Shown here in pieces: positions 62,531 to 64,000 of a stretch of 64,000 nucleotides of DNA; positions within the stretch are counted from its first letter, which is position 1, and each line of letters opens with the position of its first letter. The notes below the pieces were generated by a model. That model saw only the letters and a list, made by a program, of their open reading frames with translations. It did not search any database and was not told where the DNA came from. Both the position numbers and the translations under genes were made by a program. The stretch comes from Octopus bimaculoides (taxonomy: Eukaryota), in NCBI RefSeq assembly GCF_001194135.2, contig NC_068984.1, positions 1,829,416-1,893,415 of the forward strand, read 5' to 3'.

Positions 62531-63780
62531 GTAGTTTGTCTAGACAAAACGCTATTGCCACGGTGGCGTTTGTCTAGATAAAACGTTATTGCCACGGTAA
62601 CGTTTAACTGGTCAAAACGTTACTGCCAAAGTGGTGTTTGACTGGACAGAACGTTACCTCCACGGTGGCATTTGACTGGACAAAAGTTACTGCTACGGTG
62701 GCGTTTGACTGGACTGCCAAAGTGGCGTTTGACTGAACAAAACGTTACTGCCAAAGTGGCGTTTGACTGGACAAAACGTTACTGCCAAAGTGGCGTTTGA
62801 CTGGACAAAACGTTACAGCCACGGTGACGTTTGACTGGACAAAACATTATTGCCAAGGTGGCGTTTGACTGGACAAAACGTTACTGCCAAAGTGGTGTTT
62901 GACTGGACAAAACGTTACCTCCACGGTGGAGTTTGACTGGACAAAACGTTACTGCTACGGTGGAGTTTGACTGGACTGCCAAAGTGGCGTTTGACTGAAC
63001 AAAACGTTACTGCCAAAGTGGCGTTTGACTGGACAAAACGTTACTGCCAAAGTGGTNNNNNNNNNNNNNNNNNNNNNNNNNNNNNNNNNNNNNNNNNNNN
63101 NNNNNNNNNNNNNNNNNNNNNNNNNNNNNNNNNNNNNNNNNNNNNNNNNNNNNNNNNNNNNNNNNNNNNNNNNNNNNNNNNNNNNNNNNNNNNNNNNNNN
63201 NNNNNNNNNNNNNNNNNNNNNNNNNNNNNNNNNNNNNNNNNNNNNNNNNNNNNNNNNNNNNNNNNNNNNNNNNNNNNNNNNNNNNNNNNNNNNCGTTTGA
63301 CTGGACAAAACATTATTGCCAAGGTGGCGTTTGACTGGACAAAACGTTACTGCCAAAGTGGTGTTTGACTGGACAAAACGTTACCTCCACGGTGGAGTTT
63401 GACTGGACAAAACGTTACTGCTACGGTGGAGTTTGACTGGACTGCCAAAGTGGCGTTTGACTGAACAAAACGTTACTGCCAAAGTGGCGTTTGACTGGAC
63501 AAAACGTTACTGCCAAAGTGGTGTTTGACTGTACAAAACGTTACCTCCATGTTGGAGTTTGACTGGACAAAACGTTACTGCTACGGTGGCGTTTGACTGG
63601 ACTGCCAAAGTGGCGTTTGGCTGGACAAAACGTTACTGCCACGGTGACGTTTGACTGGACAAAACGTTACTGCCAAAGTGGTGTTTGACTGGACTGCCAA
63701 AGTGGCGTTTGACTGAACAAAACGTTACTGCCAAAGTGGCGGTTGACTGGACAGAACGTTACTGCCACGGTGGAGTTGAC
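62531..63780 (+). repeat. 34-bp minisatellite with higher-order structure (spans an N gap)
   Basis: Unit TACTGCCAAAGTGGCGTTTGACTGGACAAAACGT with recurring variant units and a 24-bp deletion variant. Confidence 0.95.
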
Positions 63781-64000
63781 GGCTGACGTCATGTCACTCA
63801 AAGTGCTGCCAGAGTTAGTGATGATCTCCAAGTTTAGTAGGAAGTTAAATTCAACATTTGTCAAAGATAATAAAAGACGAAGGGACTGTATGTGTTTATT
63901 CAACGTGCAAGAAATAGCAATCAAATCTCTTTTAAATCCCGCCTACACTCTTATAAAAGGAAGTACAGATTGAGTCATGTAGTCCTAGATACACTATGAC

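Noticed and set aside
62531-63780. Regular array of about 34-bp repeats as a possible CRISPR array
   Set aside because: Units are contiguous with no unique spacers, there are no cas genes, and the context is eukaryotic.

Overview
Eukaryotic, AT-rich, microsatellite- and transposon-dense draft-assembly DNA with many N gaps. The SINE/LINE complement and repeat load suggest an octopus or other coleoid cephalopod (inference). The only well-supported host genes are two tandem, same-strand LHFPL3/4/5 (TMHS/GARLH)-family tetraspan genes, each with three coding exons. Gene A: 935-1343, 4381-4620, 5177-5331 (267 aa). Gene B: 34299-34707, 44414-44647, 50685-50812 (256 aa). Both third exons are missing from the supplied ORF track. 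The rest is decayed retroelements (RTE, CR1/L2, Tx1/L1, R4/Dong-like and CRE-like RLE LINEs, a Penelope-like GIY-YIG element), mariner remnants, a MITE, several tRNA-derived SINE families and a 34-bp minisatellite. The most unusual signal is a set of Penelope-type hammerhead ribozyme motifs (17042-17086, 21347-21392, 27626-27730, 33780-33825, 54443-54482). One of them is built into a repeated non-coding element with a tRNA-like Pol III head (three copies). One copy of that element has a 57-bp terminal inversion starting at the predicted self-cleavage site. All coordinates and folds were worked out by hand; no database search was run.
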